From: a phage
Length of the DNA: 64,000 nt
Strand: one strand, 5' to 3'
Assembly (NCBI GenBank): GCA_012225525.1
Contig: GCA_012225525.1_3923.1
Position numbers and translations under genes: made by a program. The notes below the pieces were generated by a model. That model was not told the origin of the DNA. It was given only the letters and a program-made list of their open reading frames with translations, and made no database searches. This document shows, piece after piece, positions 1-13,118 of the stretch (its first letter is position 1; every line of letters starts with the position of its first letter).

Positions 1-2
1 AA

Positions 3-2454
<2,452 letters not shown>

Positions 2455-2455
<1 letters not shown>

Positions 2456-3924
2456 TGGCAGGATTAACTACAACAGGATTACAAACTCTAAGATATCAGG
2501 AAATTTTTGATAATATCAAATCAAGACTTCTTAGAGATATTTCACCAAACCTTGACGTTTCTGAAGATAGCCAATTAGGTCTCTTCCTAGCTTCAATTGC
2601 AAGGTCTTTAGCAGATACACATGAGATTCTATCAGAAATCTATGACGGCGGGACAATTGACAAGGCTGAAGGATTTAACCTTGATGATATTACAGCTTTG
2701 AATGCTGTATACAGATATGTTGCTCAGGCAACAAGGGGTCAGGTTGAGTTTACTGGAACAACTGGTGCTACCATCTCTTCAACAACAAGATTGAGAAGTA
2801 CTGCTGGAAATATCTTTTATCCAGTTAACAATATTACCCTTACCCCATCATATTGTGTTGAAGCTGTTCTTGAAGTTAACTCTTTACGAACTGATGCAGA
2901 TTATGTTATTATTATTGATAACGTTATTTTCTCGTATAAACCAACCTCATCAGACACAATTACCACACTACTAACTAAATTAGCAGAGGCTATTAATGGT
3001 GGTATTGTAGCAAAAGCAGAAGTCATTAATGATGGAGCCGCATTAAGAGTCTATAAAGACGAAGGTGATATCATTGCAAGAACAAACCCTATGGTTGTCA
3101 CTGCAACAACGTTTCTGACCTTTACAAAGATTACAACTATTTCAGATGTAGTAGCTGAAGAGGTTGGTGCTACCCCTGCTTTGGCTGGTACGCTTATTGA
3201 GATTGAGACAACTGTTGATGGTCTTGACAGTATTTATAACAGGTATGACTTAACAACTGGTAGAAACGAAGAAACTGACACAGAACTTAGACAGAGATAT
3301 TTAGAATCCTTAGCAGTTACTGGTGTAGGGACTTTGGATGCAATTGTAGCTGCTGTTAAAAGAGTTCAAGGGGTCTCAGATGCTTCAGGTGTTGAAAATG
3401 ATACTGAAGAGACGAACTCAGAAGGTCTTCCACCAAAATCTTTTAAGATTGTCGTAGTTGGTGGTCAAAATGATAATGTTGCTCAAGCAATCTGGGATAC
3501 AAAACCTGCTGGTATTAGGGCTTATGGCTCGATTTTTGGCACAGCCTATGATTTAGGTGGTTTAGCACATAATATTTATTTTAGCAGACCAACACCAAAA
3601 TACGCATTTGTTAAAGTCTCTTACTCTTTATATGACGAAGAGAGCTTGACAATCCCTGAAGAGGATATCAGAGACAGTATTGTACAAGGTATTAATGCCT
3701 ACGGAAGAACTCTTAAGGTTGGTAATGACGTTATCCCTAACAGAATTTATGGGTACATCTATGACGTAATCAAAGGTATTGAGATTAATGAGGTGAAGGT
3801 AGCATTATCAAACAGCCAATCAGTTCCACCTAGTGACGAACAATATACTACAGCAAGAATTACTGTTGACGGTGACCAATATACTGTTTGGGAAAGTAGC
3901 CAGTATACCATCACTAAGGAGTAA
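2455..3924 (+). CDS. putative baseplate J-like protein
   Basis: 489 aa ORF, Thr/Ser/Val-rich, in the baseplate position before the tail-fibre genes; context only. Confidence 0.4.
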
Positions 3925-3926
3925 TA

Positions 3927-4781
3927 ATGTTTGAAAAGATTGATAGTGTTTATTATAAAACACTTGATGAAAGGACTGTAACACAGTTTAAAGATAAATT
4001 TATCTATACAAGTATCTTGAAAGCAATCACTGATGAGCTACAAACACTAGAGGATGTTTGCTGGCAGATGCACACAGAGAGAAATATCAGGACGTCAGTA
4101 GGCCAACAACTTGATAATATTGGCTCACTGATTAAAGTTCCTAGACCTTTAGGTGCTGATGATGAAACATACAGAGCTATGCTTTATATCCAAATCTTCC
4201 TAAGACGTTCTGATACTACTCCAACATTCTTGCAAAAAGCAATTATGACATTGTATGGTGCAACTTTCTCTCAGATTTTTGAACATATTACTCCTAAGAC
4301 TGGTGGTATCGTTATCCGTATTAATACTAGAAAAAGCGTTCTTGATGCTGCATATACACTGTCAAAGATTTCTGCAACAACCACTGGTTCCGCTGTTATC
4401 TTAAGAGATGTTACTTTAAATGGGACCGCTTGGACACCTGTAGAGGTTGCTGATTCATCACTTGCTATTGTTGATGATAAAGAGAACTGGTTTGTAACTG
4501 ATGCTAACAGAGGTCTGGTAACAAATAACACTGGTGGCTCTCTGGAGTCCAACTTAGTAGGGAGTCTTGCAGATGCTGGTGTTATTGATGGTTACTTTAA
4601 GGTTGACAGAACAGCAAACTCACAGAGCGATGATTATATGACTGTAGATAGGTCTAATAATAGTGGCTATTTCATTGCTGGTAAAGAAGCTATTGCAGGT
4701 GGTGCATATGGAATCATGGCTGAGGTTGCACAAATTGTCAAAGGCAGAAAAGATAAATCACAACAAGAAGGAAATTCTTAA
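3927..4781 (+). CDS. putative baseplate or tail-fibre-associated protein
   Basis: 284 aa ORF in structural block. Confidence 0.4.
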   Translation: MFEKIDSVYYKTLDERTVTQFKDKFIYTSILKAITDELQTLEDVCWQMHTERNIRTSVGQQLDNIGSLIKVPRPLGADDETYRAMLYIQIFLRRSDTTPTFLQKAIMTLYGATFSQIFEHITPKTGGIVIRINTRKSVLDAAYTLSKISATTTGSAVILRDVTLNGTAWTPVEVADSSLAIVDDKENWFVTDANRGLVTNNTGGSLESNLVGSLADAGVIDGYFKVDRTANSQSDDYMTVDRSNNSGYFIAGKEAIAGGAYGIMAEVAQIVKGRKDKSQQEGNS

Positions 4782-5083
4782 TGGCAGTTCTAAATTGGTC
4801 TACAAACGAAGTAGATACTGATGGTAATCAGTTAAAAGTTTTACCACCACCGGAAGTTCAAGAGACAGGTCTTTTAAAGGGTGAGCCTATGGGTAGACAG
4901 TGGTTCAACTATATTATCAACTACCTGCTGAATAAAGTAAATGGCACTGTTGGTGAAGTTCGTTCATATGCAACTGAGCAACCAGATTTAGTGGCTAATG
5001 GCTGGAATCTCATTAAGTCTGAGACAGGGACTGCATCAACAAGTACAAGAAACCTTTACACATATGAATATGTAGGAGCTTAA
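4781..5083 (+). CDS. hypothetical structural protein
   Basis: 100 aa ORF coupled between structural genes. Confidence 0.4.
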   Translation: MAVLNWSTNEVDTDGNQLKVLPPPEVQETGLLKGEPMGRQWFNYIINYLLNKVNGTVGEVRSYATEQPDLVANGWNLIKSETGTASTSTRNLYTYEYVGA

Positions 5084-5085
5084 TA

Positions 5086-6261
5086 ATGGCAGTAGGTGAA
5101 ATTCAAATTAGTGCCTTGCCACAAGCGGCCTTACCAATTGATTTGAGTGATATCTTCCACCTTAAGCAAGGTGTTGAGGATAAAAGATGTACGCTTGAGC
5201 AGTTGTTAGCACCTCACGCATCTCTGAGGAATAATCCTCATGGTGTAACTAAATCACAAGTGGGTCTTGATAATGTTATTAACTCTCTTCAATTAGTTGC
5301 AGCTAATAACTTGTCAGACATTGTGAATGTTGCTGAGGCAAGAGCAAATCTACAAATTATGTCGTCAGAGGAAGTGAATAATTTAATTAAGAAACATATT
5401 GACGATAAAAGTAACCCACACAATACAACGAAAGCACAGGTTGGTTTAAGTAACGTTCAAAACTGGACAACATCTAATTTATATAATGAAGATGCTGATA
5501 AATATGCTACAGCAAAAGCAGTCAATAACTTGTACAAAGCTATCCAAGCATCATATCCAGTAGGGACAATCCATCTATCTGTGAATCCAGCTAACCCATC
5601 CACTTACTTACTTTGTGGAGGTACTTGGGAATTAGTTTCTAAAGGTAGAGCACTAGTTGGCTATGATACAGATTCTAGACCTGTTGGTTCAATGTTTGGT
5701 TCTCAGACTGTAGCATTAACAAATAATAATTTACCAGCGCATACTCACTCTATCTATCTAACAGGTGGTGGTCATACACACTCTGCAAGCGTATCTATCT
5801 CTAGCTTTGATTATGGTTCAAAAAGTACATCGACTTTTGATTATGGTACGAAGACAACTAACAGTGCTGGTGCTCACACGCACACGTTTAGTGGCACAAC
5901 AAGCAATGCTGGTAACCACAACCATAGAGTACCTATGAGGGGTAATGATAGAGGTGGTACAAATGCTATTACTGCATCTGCTGATGCTGGTGTTGGTAAT
6001 GCTATGTATACTGATTTAGCTGGTGCTCACACCCATAGCTTCTCAGGCACAGCTGCATCATCTGGTGCTCATAGTCATACTGTTGCAATTGGTGCTCATA
6101 GTCACACTGTTAATATTGGTTCACACAGCCATACAGGTACTGTTACTGTTTCTAGCTCTGAGCATACACACTCAGGGACATCTGGTTCTGTTGGTGGTGG
6201 TCAAGCTTTCAGTGTTGAGCAGCCATCTTTTGTAGTGTATGTGTGGCAGAGAACAGCTTAA
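5086..6261 (+). CDS. tail fibre protein with C-terminal His-x-His repeat domain
   Basis: Repeated HTHS / HSHT / HNH motifs in a Gly/Ser/Thr-rich C-terminus (AHTHSIYLTGGGHTHSAS, GAHSHTVAIGAHSHTVNIGSHSHTG), as in metal-coordinating tips of T4 gp37-type fibres. Confidence 0.7.
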   Translation: MAVGEIQISALPQAALPIDLSDIFHLKQGVEDKRCTLEQLLAPHASLRNNPHGVTKSQVGLDNVINSLQLVAANNLSDIVNVAEARANLQIMSSEEVNNLIKKHIDDKSNPHNTTKAQVGLSNVQNWTTSNLYNEDADKYATAKAVNNLYKAIQASYPVGTIHLSVNPANPSTYLLCGGTWELVSKGRALVGYDTDSRPVGSMFGSQTVALTNNNLPAHTHSIYLTGGGHTHSASVSISSFDYGSKSTSTFDYGTKTTNSAGAHTHTFSGTTSNAGNHNHRVPMRGNDRGGTNAITASADAGVGNAMYTDLAGAHTHSFSGTAASSGAHSHTVAIGAHSHTVNIGSHSHTGTVTVSSSEHTHSGTSGSVGGGQAFSVEQPSFVVYVWQRTA

Positions 6262-6307
6262 TTTCTTTACAGGGGCTTTATAGCCCCTTTTAAGAGGAAA
6301 ATTCATA

Positions 6308-8857
6308 ATGGCAGATTACAAATTGAGTCAATTAAACTCAATCGACACAATTCGTTCAGAAGACCTATTGCACATCAGAGTTAAGAAAAGACCTGAAATG
6401 TTGGGTGATGAAGACCGTAGAATGACCTATCAAGACTTCTTAGCTTCCTTCAAACTAGAAAGGTTTGTTCAGATTGCTGGAAGCACTATGATTGGGGATT
6501 TAGGTATTGTCAAGTTACTTTACGGTGGAAAGTCTGTATTTGACCCTACAGGCTCTTCTGAGATTACTATTGGGGATATTTTAAAGACTTTTAAAATTAA
6601 CGCAAATGGTCTTAAACTAACTATTGCAGATGCTTCAAGGTCAGCAACTGTTTATCATACTCTGAATAAGCCAAGTCCTAATGAGCTTGGTATGAGGACT
6701 AATGAAGAGAATGATGCAAGATACGCAAGACTTGCTATCACAAACACATTCTCTGGAACTCAAAATATTCAAGGTGATGCTAACTTACTTCGCCTTAGAA
6801 ACCAAAATGCAAATAATGCACAATATATCGAAGGTGTAAACCTAGATGGTTCGGCTAGATGGTGGGTTGGTATTGGTAGTAATGGCTCTGACGAAGTAAA
6901 GCTGTACAATAACAAATACAACTCAGCCTTGACTGTTGCAAGTAATGTCTCTGTTAATAAGTCTTTAGCAATCACTGGTCAAGTTCAACCTTCAGATTTC
7001 TCTAACTTAGATGCCAGATACTTCACTCAGACAGTTGCTAATCAGAGATTTGCACAGTTAGCTGGTAATAACACCTTTACAGGTGCTAACACATTTAGGA
7101 CTATGAGTGTTATCTCAAATGCTGCTGCTATCACACTGCAATGTGCATCAGCAAACGAATCCCTGTATCTACTTGCAAAAGATTATGAAGGTGGAAACTT
7201 ATGGTATCTTGGTAAAGGTAGTTCAGGTGCTGGTGTAACTATCTACAACTATACCACTAACACCTCTTTAGTCTTAGATGCTGCTGGAGTATCAGCAAAT
7301 AAAAATGTCAGAATCACTGGTCAAGTTCAACCTTCAGATTGGGCTAACATTGACTCTAGATATATTCCGGCAGCAACATTAAGTACGATTGCAAGAACTA
7401 ATGCAAGGAATACTTTTAATGGTGTACAGACAGTTGTTACGGATAATGAAGGTCTGATTGTTAAAAACTCTACTCAGAATAGACCATTATATATTCGTGG
7501 TGTGGACACTACTAATGTATCAAGATGGTGGATTGGTGTTGGTGGTGCTGATACGAATGATGTTACCCTAAATAACAGTTATTCTGGAACCCAATTGGTT
7601 CTCGGGAATACAACATCATACATTAACAAAACATTGACTATTGCTGGACAAGTTCAACCTTCAGATTTCTCTAACTTAGATGCTAGATACTTTACGCAAA
7701 GTGCTAGTGATAGTAGATACCTAAGAATCAGAAGCACTAGCTTCAATGTGGGAAACACTGATAAGTGGGCTAAAATTGCCACTGTTGTGATGCCACAATC
7801 AGCATCCACTGCTGTTATTGAGGTATTTGGTGGGTCAGGTTTTAATATTAATACACCAAACCAAGCAGGTAAATGTGAAATTGTTCTGCGAACTTCAAAT
7901 AACAATCCAAAGGGCTTAAATGTTGTTGCTTGGAGAACATCAGAGAACACCATTGTCAGGGATATTGGTTATGTGAATACTTCTGGAGACACCTATGATA
8001 TTTACTATCTTGCTGGTACGTATCAAAACAGCACAACGACAAGGGTTCAGTCTTCTAGTAATGCAAGTGTACAGTTGTTTGAAGTCCCACAGACATTTGA
8101 TGATGCTCCACAAGGTATTGTGAAGGGTACAATTGCAAAATACTACACAAGTTTGCAAAAACCAACCCCTTCAGATATTGGTGCATACACTAAAGCAGAA
8201 ACTGACCAGAAGATTGCAGAAGCAATTAGTGACTCTACAGACCTGAATAAAATCTATCCAGTAGGTATTGTAACGTGGTTTAACAGCAATGTTAACCCTA
8301 ATACAGCACTTCCTGGGTTAACTTGGACGTACCTGAATAATGGTGTTGGTAGAACTATTAGAATTGCAGCAGCAAACGGTTCAGATGTTGCTACAACTGG
8401 TGGCTCAGACTCTGTAACGCTGTCTGTTGGTAACTTACCTTCACACACGCACAGCTTCTCTGCTACTACTTCATCATTTGACTATGGTACTAAGACTTCT
8501 AGCACAACTGGTAACCACAACCACAACAGAGGTACTATGGAGATTACTGGTTCATTTGGTTACTTCAGAAGTGACGCTAGTAGCTTCTACACAGCAAGTG
8601 GTGCATTCTACCTCGGTAGTCAGGCAGGTTCTAAAGGGTATACTGGTAACAACTTTACTAATGGTATCCCTGTCAACTTCAACGCATCAAGAAACTGGTC
8701 TGGTGTAACGAATACAACAGGTAACCACAGCCACACTGTTGGTATTGGTGCTCACAGCCACACAGTTAGCGGTAACACAGGTGGTACTGGTTCTGGTTCA
8801 GCATTTAGTGTTACTAACCAGTTCTATAAGTTAATGGCTTGGGTAAGAACTGCTTAA
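6308..8857 (+). CDS. long tail fibre protein
   Basis: 849 aa; three internal copies of ITGQVQPSD(F/W)(S/A)N(L/I)D(A/S)RY; C-terminus has the same HxH motifs (SHTHSFSATTSSFDYGTK, GNHSHTVGIGAHSHTV) as the preceding fibre gene. Confidence 0.75.
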   Translation: MADYKLSQLNSIDTIRSEDLLHIRVKKRPEMLGDEDRRMTYQDFLASFKLERFVQIAGSTMIGDLGIVKLLYGGKSVFDPTGSSEITIGDILKTFKINANGLKLTIADASRSATVYHTLNKPSPNELGMRTNEENDARYARLAITNTFSGTQNIQGDANLLRLRNQNANNAQYIEGVNLDGSARWWVGIGSNGSDEVKLYNNKYNSALTVASNVSVNKSLAITGQVQPSDFSNLDARYFTQTVANQRFAQLAGNNTFTGANTFRTMSVISNAAAITLQCASANESLYLLAKDYEGGNLWYLGKGSSGAGVTIYNYTTNTSLVLDAAGVSANKNVRITGQVQPSDWANIDSRYIPAATLSTIARTNARNTFNGVQTVVTDNEGLIVKNSTQNRPLYIRGVDTTNVSRWWIGVGGADTNDVTLNNSYSGTQLVLGNTTSYINKTLTIAGQVQPSDFSNLDARYFTQSASDSRYLRIRSTSFNVGNTDKWAKIATVVMPQSASTAVIEVFGGSGFNINTPNQAGKCEIVLRTSNNNPKGLNVVAWRTSENTIVRDIGYVNTSGDTYDIYYLAGTYQNSTTTRVQSSSNASVQLFEVPQTFDDAPQGIVKGTIAKYYTSLQKPTPSDIGAYTKAETDQKIAEAISDSTDLNKIYPVGIVTWFNSNVNPNTALPGLTWTYLNNGVGRTIRIAAANGSDVATTGGSDSVTLSVGNLPSHTHSFSATTSSFDYGTKTSSTTGNHNHNRGTMEITGSFGYFRSDASSFYTASGAFYLGSQAGSKGYTGNNFTNGIPVNFNASRNWSGVTNTTGNHSHTVGIGAHSHTVSGNTGGTGSGSAFSVTNQFYKLMAWVRTA

Positions 8858-8936
8858 TCCCTTGTTGACTGATTGTTAAGATGGTGTTAATATTCTTTAT
8901 GGGTATTCTCACCATCTTGGCTGATGAGGTGATTAA

Positions 8937-9131
8937 ATGCCTACAATCCTAGCAATTCTTCTAAAAAATCTAGGTAGCTTCTTCTGGAAACTCATTTTAT
9001 CCCTTCTAAGTGAATACATGATTGAGAAAGTGTTCTTTAAGCTTGCAAGATACCTTGCGAGTAAAACAGATACACCTATTGATGATGAGTTCGTAGATAA
9101 CTTAGAAAAAGCTTTTAAGGGGGAGAAATAA
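8937..9131 (+). CDS. small membrane protein
   Basis: 64 aa, hydrophobic N-terminal segment (ILAILLKNLGSFFWKLILSLL). Confidence 0.35.
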   Translation: MPTILAILLKNLGSFFWKLILSLLSEYMIEKVFFKLARYLASKTDTPIDDEFVDNLEKAFKGEK

Positions 9132-9503
9132 ATGAAGTGGCTAGAGGAAGCTTTTAAAAATAATATTGGTGCAATTGTAGTTGGTATTTTTAGTGTTATT
9201 GGGATGTATACCACTATGCAAGTCTCAAGTGGTAAGCAGGAAGTGTCTGTCACAACAAAGTTACAGCAGCTAGATAATTATTCCAAAAGTAACTATTCAG
9301 CTATTCGTGATTTACAGTCTGACATGAGATTGATTCAGCTAGGGATGGAGAACCAGAAAGTTCAGTTAGAGAATGTTAAGGGTGAAAACGCAAAACTTAC
9401 CAAAACCCTTGATAAATTCTCTGACAGTGTGAACAATCTGGCTCAATCAGTATCAGCCTTGCAAGCTATTACTGAAAAGAACACAAAGAATACTGAAAAA
9501 TAA
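9132..9503 (+). CDS. membrane-anchored coiled-coil protein
   Basis: 123 aa, one N-terminal TM helix (IGAIVVGIFSVIGMY) then Q/L/N-rich heptad-like region; followed by a terminator. Confidence 0.4.
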   Translation: MKWLEEAFKNNIGAIVVGIFSVIGMYTTMQVSSGKQEVSVTTKLQQLDNYSKSNYSAIRDLQSDMRLIQLGMENQKVQLENVKGENAKLTKTLDKFSDSVNNLAQSVSALQAITEKNTKNTEK

Positions 9504-9510
9504 AATTTAA

Positions 9511-9536
9511 GGCTCCCGTAAAAAGGAGCCTTTTTT
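9511..9536 (+). terminator. intrinsic terminator between convergent operons
   Basis: GGCTCC-cgtaaaaa-GGAGCC hairpin followed by TTTTTTGTTTTTT. Confidence 0.7.
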
Positions 9537-9541
9537 GTTTT

Positions 9542-10441
9542 TTACTTACCTACTGACAGAGGTGCTTCAATCTTCCCTGCATGTTGGTAGTTGTTAATAC
9601 CACCAATAAAATCACTTGCAGTAAGATGTTTCAGGTCACTCAGGGTGTTAAGCTGTACACCAATCTCAAAAGTAGGTGCATGGAACTCTTCATTGTTCAT
9701 CAGTTCATAAACCTGTTTCATATGGTTCTGATAAATCTGAGTATCTCCAAAGACACCTATCAAGTACCGTGGAGTGTATCCAGTCATCTTACAAAGAACT
9801 TCTAAGATGAAACCATAAGACGCAATATTAAACGGAAGTCCTAAAAAGGTGTCTACTGAACGTTGATACCACTGTAAGTCAACTTCACCCTCATTAGTGA
9901 TATAAATCTGAAACAGAACATGACAAGGTGCTAAAGCCATTGAGTTTGCTGCAATATCTGCTGCATTCCAAGCATTAACAAGCATGTAACGGTCTGTGAT
10001 ATCACCCTTCATCTTCGTTACTAAGGTCTCTAGCTGGTCTACAACACAACCATTATGACCTTCAAAGTTTCTCCACTGAACCCCATAGATTCTCCCACCT
10101 GCATCTTCTAACCAATCTTGTTCAGAAGAATAATTAGAACTTAACCAGCGTTTAAAATCATCTGACCAGATAGTCCAGCGTTCCCCATCATTTTCACCCC
10201 AAGTGCGATAACGGAGTTCACCAAGCTTATTCTCGCCGTTCAGGAACCATAAAGCTTCCCCAATAACTTGCCGTGTAAACACCTGTTTAGATGTTAAGAG
10301 CGGGAAACCAGTCCTCATATCAAAACGAAACTGAGGTGGAGCAAAAGCAGAGATAACATCTCCAGTTCGTGTAGTACGCAGTTCACCAACGGATAAAACA
10401 TGGTTCAGGATATTTTTGTAACTTGTATCTGCTTGTGACAT
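9542..10441 (-). CDS. thyA: thymidylate synthase
   Basis: 299 aa; contains LAPCH active-site cysteine context typical of ThyA; adjacent to DHFR. Confidence 0.8.
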   Translation of the reverse strand: MSQADTSYKNILNHVLSVGELRTTRTGDVISAFAPPQFRFDMRTGFPLLTSKQVFTRQVIGEALWFLNGENKLGELRYRTWGENDGERWTIWSDDFKRWLSSNYSSEQDWLEDAGGRIYGVQWRNFEGHNGCVVDQLETLVTKMKGDITDRYMLVNAWNAADIAANSMALAPCHVLFQIYITNEGEVDLQWYQRSVDTFLGLPFNIASYGFILEVLCKMTGYTPRYLIGVFGDTQIYQNHMKQVYELMNNEEFHAPTFEIGVQLNTLSDLKHLTASDFIGGINNYQHAGKIEAPLSVGK

Positions 10442-10442
10442 A

Positions 10443-10988
10443 TCAAAAGTGTCCTTTTACTTGTGGAACATAAATTTCAAAAGTTGCTTTACCATCCTCT
10501 GATGGTTTTGACTGTACCTTTGTAAACACACGGTTATCATACAGCTTCTCAAAGAAGTTTTCAAAAGGTAAATGCACAGTGGCCTCTTCAGTAACTTTAT
10601 GGAAAACAGTATGGAACACCACACTAGCATACGGTAAAGCATTGACAAGGATACCTGCACCACCAATTACAAAGACATCTTCATCAATAGAGCTATCAAG
10701 ATACTTCAAAAATGCTCCAAATGACTCTTTACTGGCTTTAGCATACATTACATCATCTTTGCCAAAGTCTATACCTAAGTATGGTACAGAATTTGTTAAG
10801 ATGAGGTTTGCACGTTCTGGTAAAGGTTTACTACCCAGAGTCTTAAAAGTCTCATTACCCATGACTACTAAGTTATTTTTAGTGAGTCTCTTAAACTCTT
10901 GCATGTCCTGTTTATGTCGAGGCCACGGCATACCAGTCGGTGTACCAAACTCCCCATTTTCACCACTTGCAAAGATTAATTTAATCAT
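10443..10988 (-). CDS. frd: dihydrofolate reductase
   Basis: 181 aa; N-terminal IFA..NG.FG and VIGGAGI glycine-rich NADPH-binding motif; coupled to thyA. Confidence 0.7.
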   Translation of the reverse strand: MIKLIFASGENGEFGTPTGMPWPRHKQDMQEFKRLTKNNLVVMGNETFKTLGSKPLPERANLILTNSVPYLGIDFGKDDVMYAKASKESFGAFLKYLDSSIDEDVFVIGGAGILVNALPYASVVFHTVFHKVTEEATVHLPFENFFEKLYDNRVFTKVQSKPSEDGKATFEIYVPQVKGHF

Positions 10989-11245
10989 TTTGTAAACCCT
11001 TTCTTAATGAACCAGTTGATAACATTCTTCACAGCTTTATTGCTATGGTAGATTAAGTGTGGTGTAGGTTGGTATGAACCATAAGCCCAGAAAGCAATGA
11101 TTTCATTACACTCTGTACACCTTGTACTCTCTTCAGCGATATGACCGTTGACTATTTCACTTACCTCGCCTTGCAAGTCTGTACAACCACAATGTGGACA
11201 TCGGATAGGTGTTCCATCAGACTCATAGCAGTGTTCAATTTTCAT
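10985..11245 (-). CDS. small zinc-ribbon protein
   Basis: 86 aa with CPHCGC ... CTEC cysteine pairs. Confidence 0.45.
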   Translation of the reverse strand: MKIEHCYESDGTPIRCPHCGCTDLQGEVSEIVNGHIAEESTRCTECNEIIAFWAYGSYQPTPHLIYHSNKAVKNVINWFIKKGFTK

Positions 11246-11761
11246 CTATTTAACCTCAAAAACTGGTTCAAGAACCAATATAAAGTCTACACAGTCATCT
11301 TCTTCATCCAGAATACCATCAAAGTTCTTAGGAACGAAGTCGAAGAGGCTCATCACAAAACAGTCAGAAGTAACCTTTATAGTTCCTCCCATGTTCTCTA
11401 CAGTTAACACTGTACGACTTTCTTTTACCTCCCTCAGAAGATTACCCACAAAGTCATCTAAGAAGTACTTCATCAATGACTTGAAACCTTTAGGGTAATC
11501 TGTACCAGAGTATGTTTCAATCTGAGGTACAAGCTTAACATTTATACTAGTCTTTGTTAAGAATGCACTAGAGAACATACTATCAGGTAGCTTACAAACA
11601 GTCTTTCCAGTACCTTCATGTTCAATCTCAACAAAACCAGCTTCATCGCCACATGTAACTATTTTAAAAGATGCTTCATTCTCATACTGTGAAGCCATAA
11701 ACTTTTTAAGCATCTCTTTAAGGAAGTCTGCATGAGCATCTTGTAAGAAGATATCAATCAT
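11246..11761 (-). CDS. hypothetical protein
   Basis: 171 aa ORF in co-directional operon. Confidence 0.45.
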   Translation of the reverse strand: MIDIFLQDAHADFLKEMLKKFMASQYENEASFKIVTCGDEAGFVEIEHEGTGKTVCKLPDSMFSSAFLTKTSINVKLVPQIETYSGTDYPKGFKSLMKYFLDDFVGNLLREVKESRTVLTVENMGGTIKVTSDCFVMSLFDFVPKNFDGILDEEDDCVDFILVLEPVFEVK

Positions 11762-11774
11762 AGTTAATCACCTA

Positions 11775-12134
11775 TTATGGGAACAAGCACTTAATGTCGT
11801 CGTTTTTGAAAACAAAACTCGTGTAGTTGTGACCATCAACATCCAACCAAACAGCCTGAACATCTACACCGTCAAGATTATGGTAAAGCTCTTTGATGAA
11901 GTGGTCTTTTACAATCTGACTGCTAGTGGTTTCCAGCTTAATGTTCGAGATTGCTGAACCTACAGCCATGTAGCCCATGACACGTTTCTTCTCAGTGTGC
12001 TTAATCTTACCATCTTTGTAAGCCATAATGAGATTGGAAAGAATTTTTACACCGTAGTACTTTTCAAGGTGAGTAGGTGCACCATAAAAGCCTAATGCGA
12101 AGTTTTCAGAGTGGATAATGTTTTCACGTTTCAT
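11775..12134 (-). CDS. hypothetical protein
   Basis: 119 aa ORF. Confidence 0.45.
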   Translation of the reverse strand: MKRENIIHSENFALGFYGAPTHLEKYYGVKILSNLIMAYKDGKIKHTEKKRVMGYMAVGSAISNIKLETTSSQIVKDHFIKELYHNLDGVDVQAVWLDVDGHNYTSFVFKNDDIKCLFP

Positions 12135-12135
12135 A

Positions 12136-12465
12136 TTAATCTGCCAACCTTAAATTGAAATTAACACCAAATTTTTCACACACTTCCAACATATACTCAA
12201 GAGAGACATTCCCAGTGAGGTGGATTATGTTGGATACACGAGCTTGAGAGATACCACAAATTTTAGCGACTTGTTCTTGAGAAAGACCTCTGGATTTAAT
12301 CTCTCTCTTAAAACGATGTGCAACGAAGTCTCTCATTTCGTCTACATCCATTGGACAAATATAACTCTCCATTTCAGCCTCTCTATCAGCCTCCCAATCA
12401 TCTTGTGGAGCATAAGGGTCAAAAACCTCATTCATCTTTCTTCTTCCGTTTACGTGAAGTATCAA
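12136..12465 (-). CDS. putative helix-turn-helix DNA-binding protein
   Basis: C-terminal LSQEQVAKICGISQARVSNI resembles XRE/sigma-type HTH. Confidence 0.45.
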   Translation of the reverse strand: MILHVNGRRKMNEVFDPYAPQDDWEADREAEMESYICPMDVDEMRDFVAHRFKREIKSRGLSQEQVAKICGISQARVSNIIHLTGNVSLEYMLEVCEKFGVNFNLRLAD

Positions 12466-12640
12466 TTAATGAGTCTATGTTTGTAGCTCTGACCTTTTCA
12501 CGTTCATCATTAAGATAATCATCAAGAGCCTTTTCAATCTGTGAATCATCTTGACAGATGACTGTAAAGACTGTAAAGCCGTCTGTATCGTCAATTATCT
12601 TACCATAACCGCTTCTGGGATGTAACTTTTTAAGAGCCAT
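12428..12640 (-). CDS. hypothetical small protein
   Basis: 70 aa ORF overlapping neighbour; lysine-rich C-terminus. Confidence 0.3.
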   Translation of the reverse strand: MALKKLHPRSGYGKIIDDTDGFTVFTVICQDDSQIEKALDDYLNDEREKVRATNIDSLIDTSRKRKKKDE

Positions 12641-12641
12641 A

Positions 12642-13025
12642 TCAAATACCTGTGCAGCTTCTGTTTTCTAAGAAATACTCAACACCATACATAGCTTTTT
12701 GCATCAAATCTTCTTTAAACTGGATACGGTGGTTGAGCATCGCCTGTACATCAATATCATCATGGTGCTTCTCTTTAATATTTGCAGATTGCAGGAAATA
12801 CTCTGCAAGAACGCGATATTGATAGTCAGTTACCTTATCAGTCATCTCTGTTAAAGACTCTTCAGAGATTGGTTTAAGTAGCTCACCATTGGCCAGAGCA
12901 ACACCTTTTACAATCTGGCAAGTATCCTCTGGAACACCTGATAAGTCCACATTTGGAAGTTCTGTTGCATTGACTGATAAATTCATTGCCATAACCATTG
13001 CAGCAGCTAATAAAATCTTTTTCAT
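12642..13025 (-). CDS. secreted/periplasmic protein
   Basis: N-terminal signal peptide MKKILLAAAMVMAMNLSVNA. Confidence 0.5.
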   Translation of the reverse strand: MKKILLAAAMVMAMNLSVNATELPNVDLSGVPEDTCQIVKGVALANGELLKPISEESLTEMTDKVTDYQYRVLAEYFLQSANIKEKHHDDIDVQAMLNHRIQFKEDLMQKAMYGVEYFLENRSCTGI

Positions 13026-13118
13026 AATGACCTCAAAGTTATATTAAATTTTGTATTACGTTGAGTATAAAAATAAGCTATAACACCTGACTTGTCAACA
13101 GATTTTATAGCTTATTTG

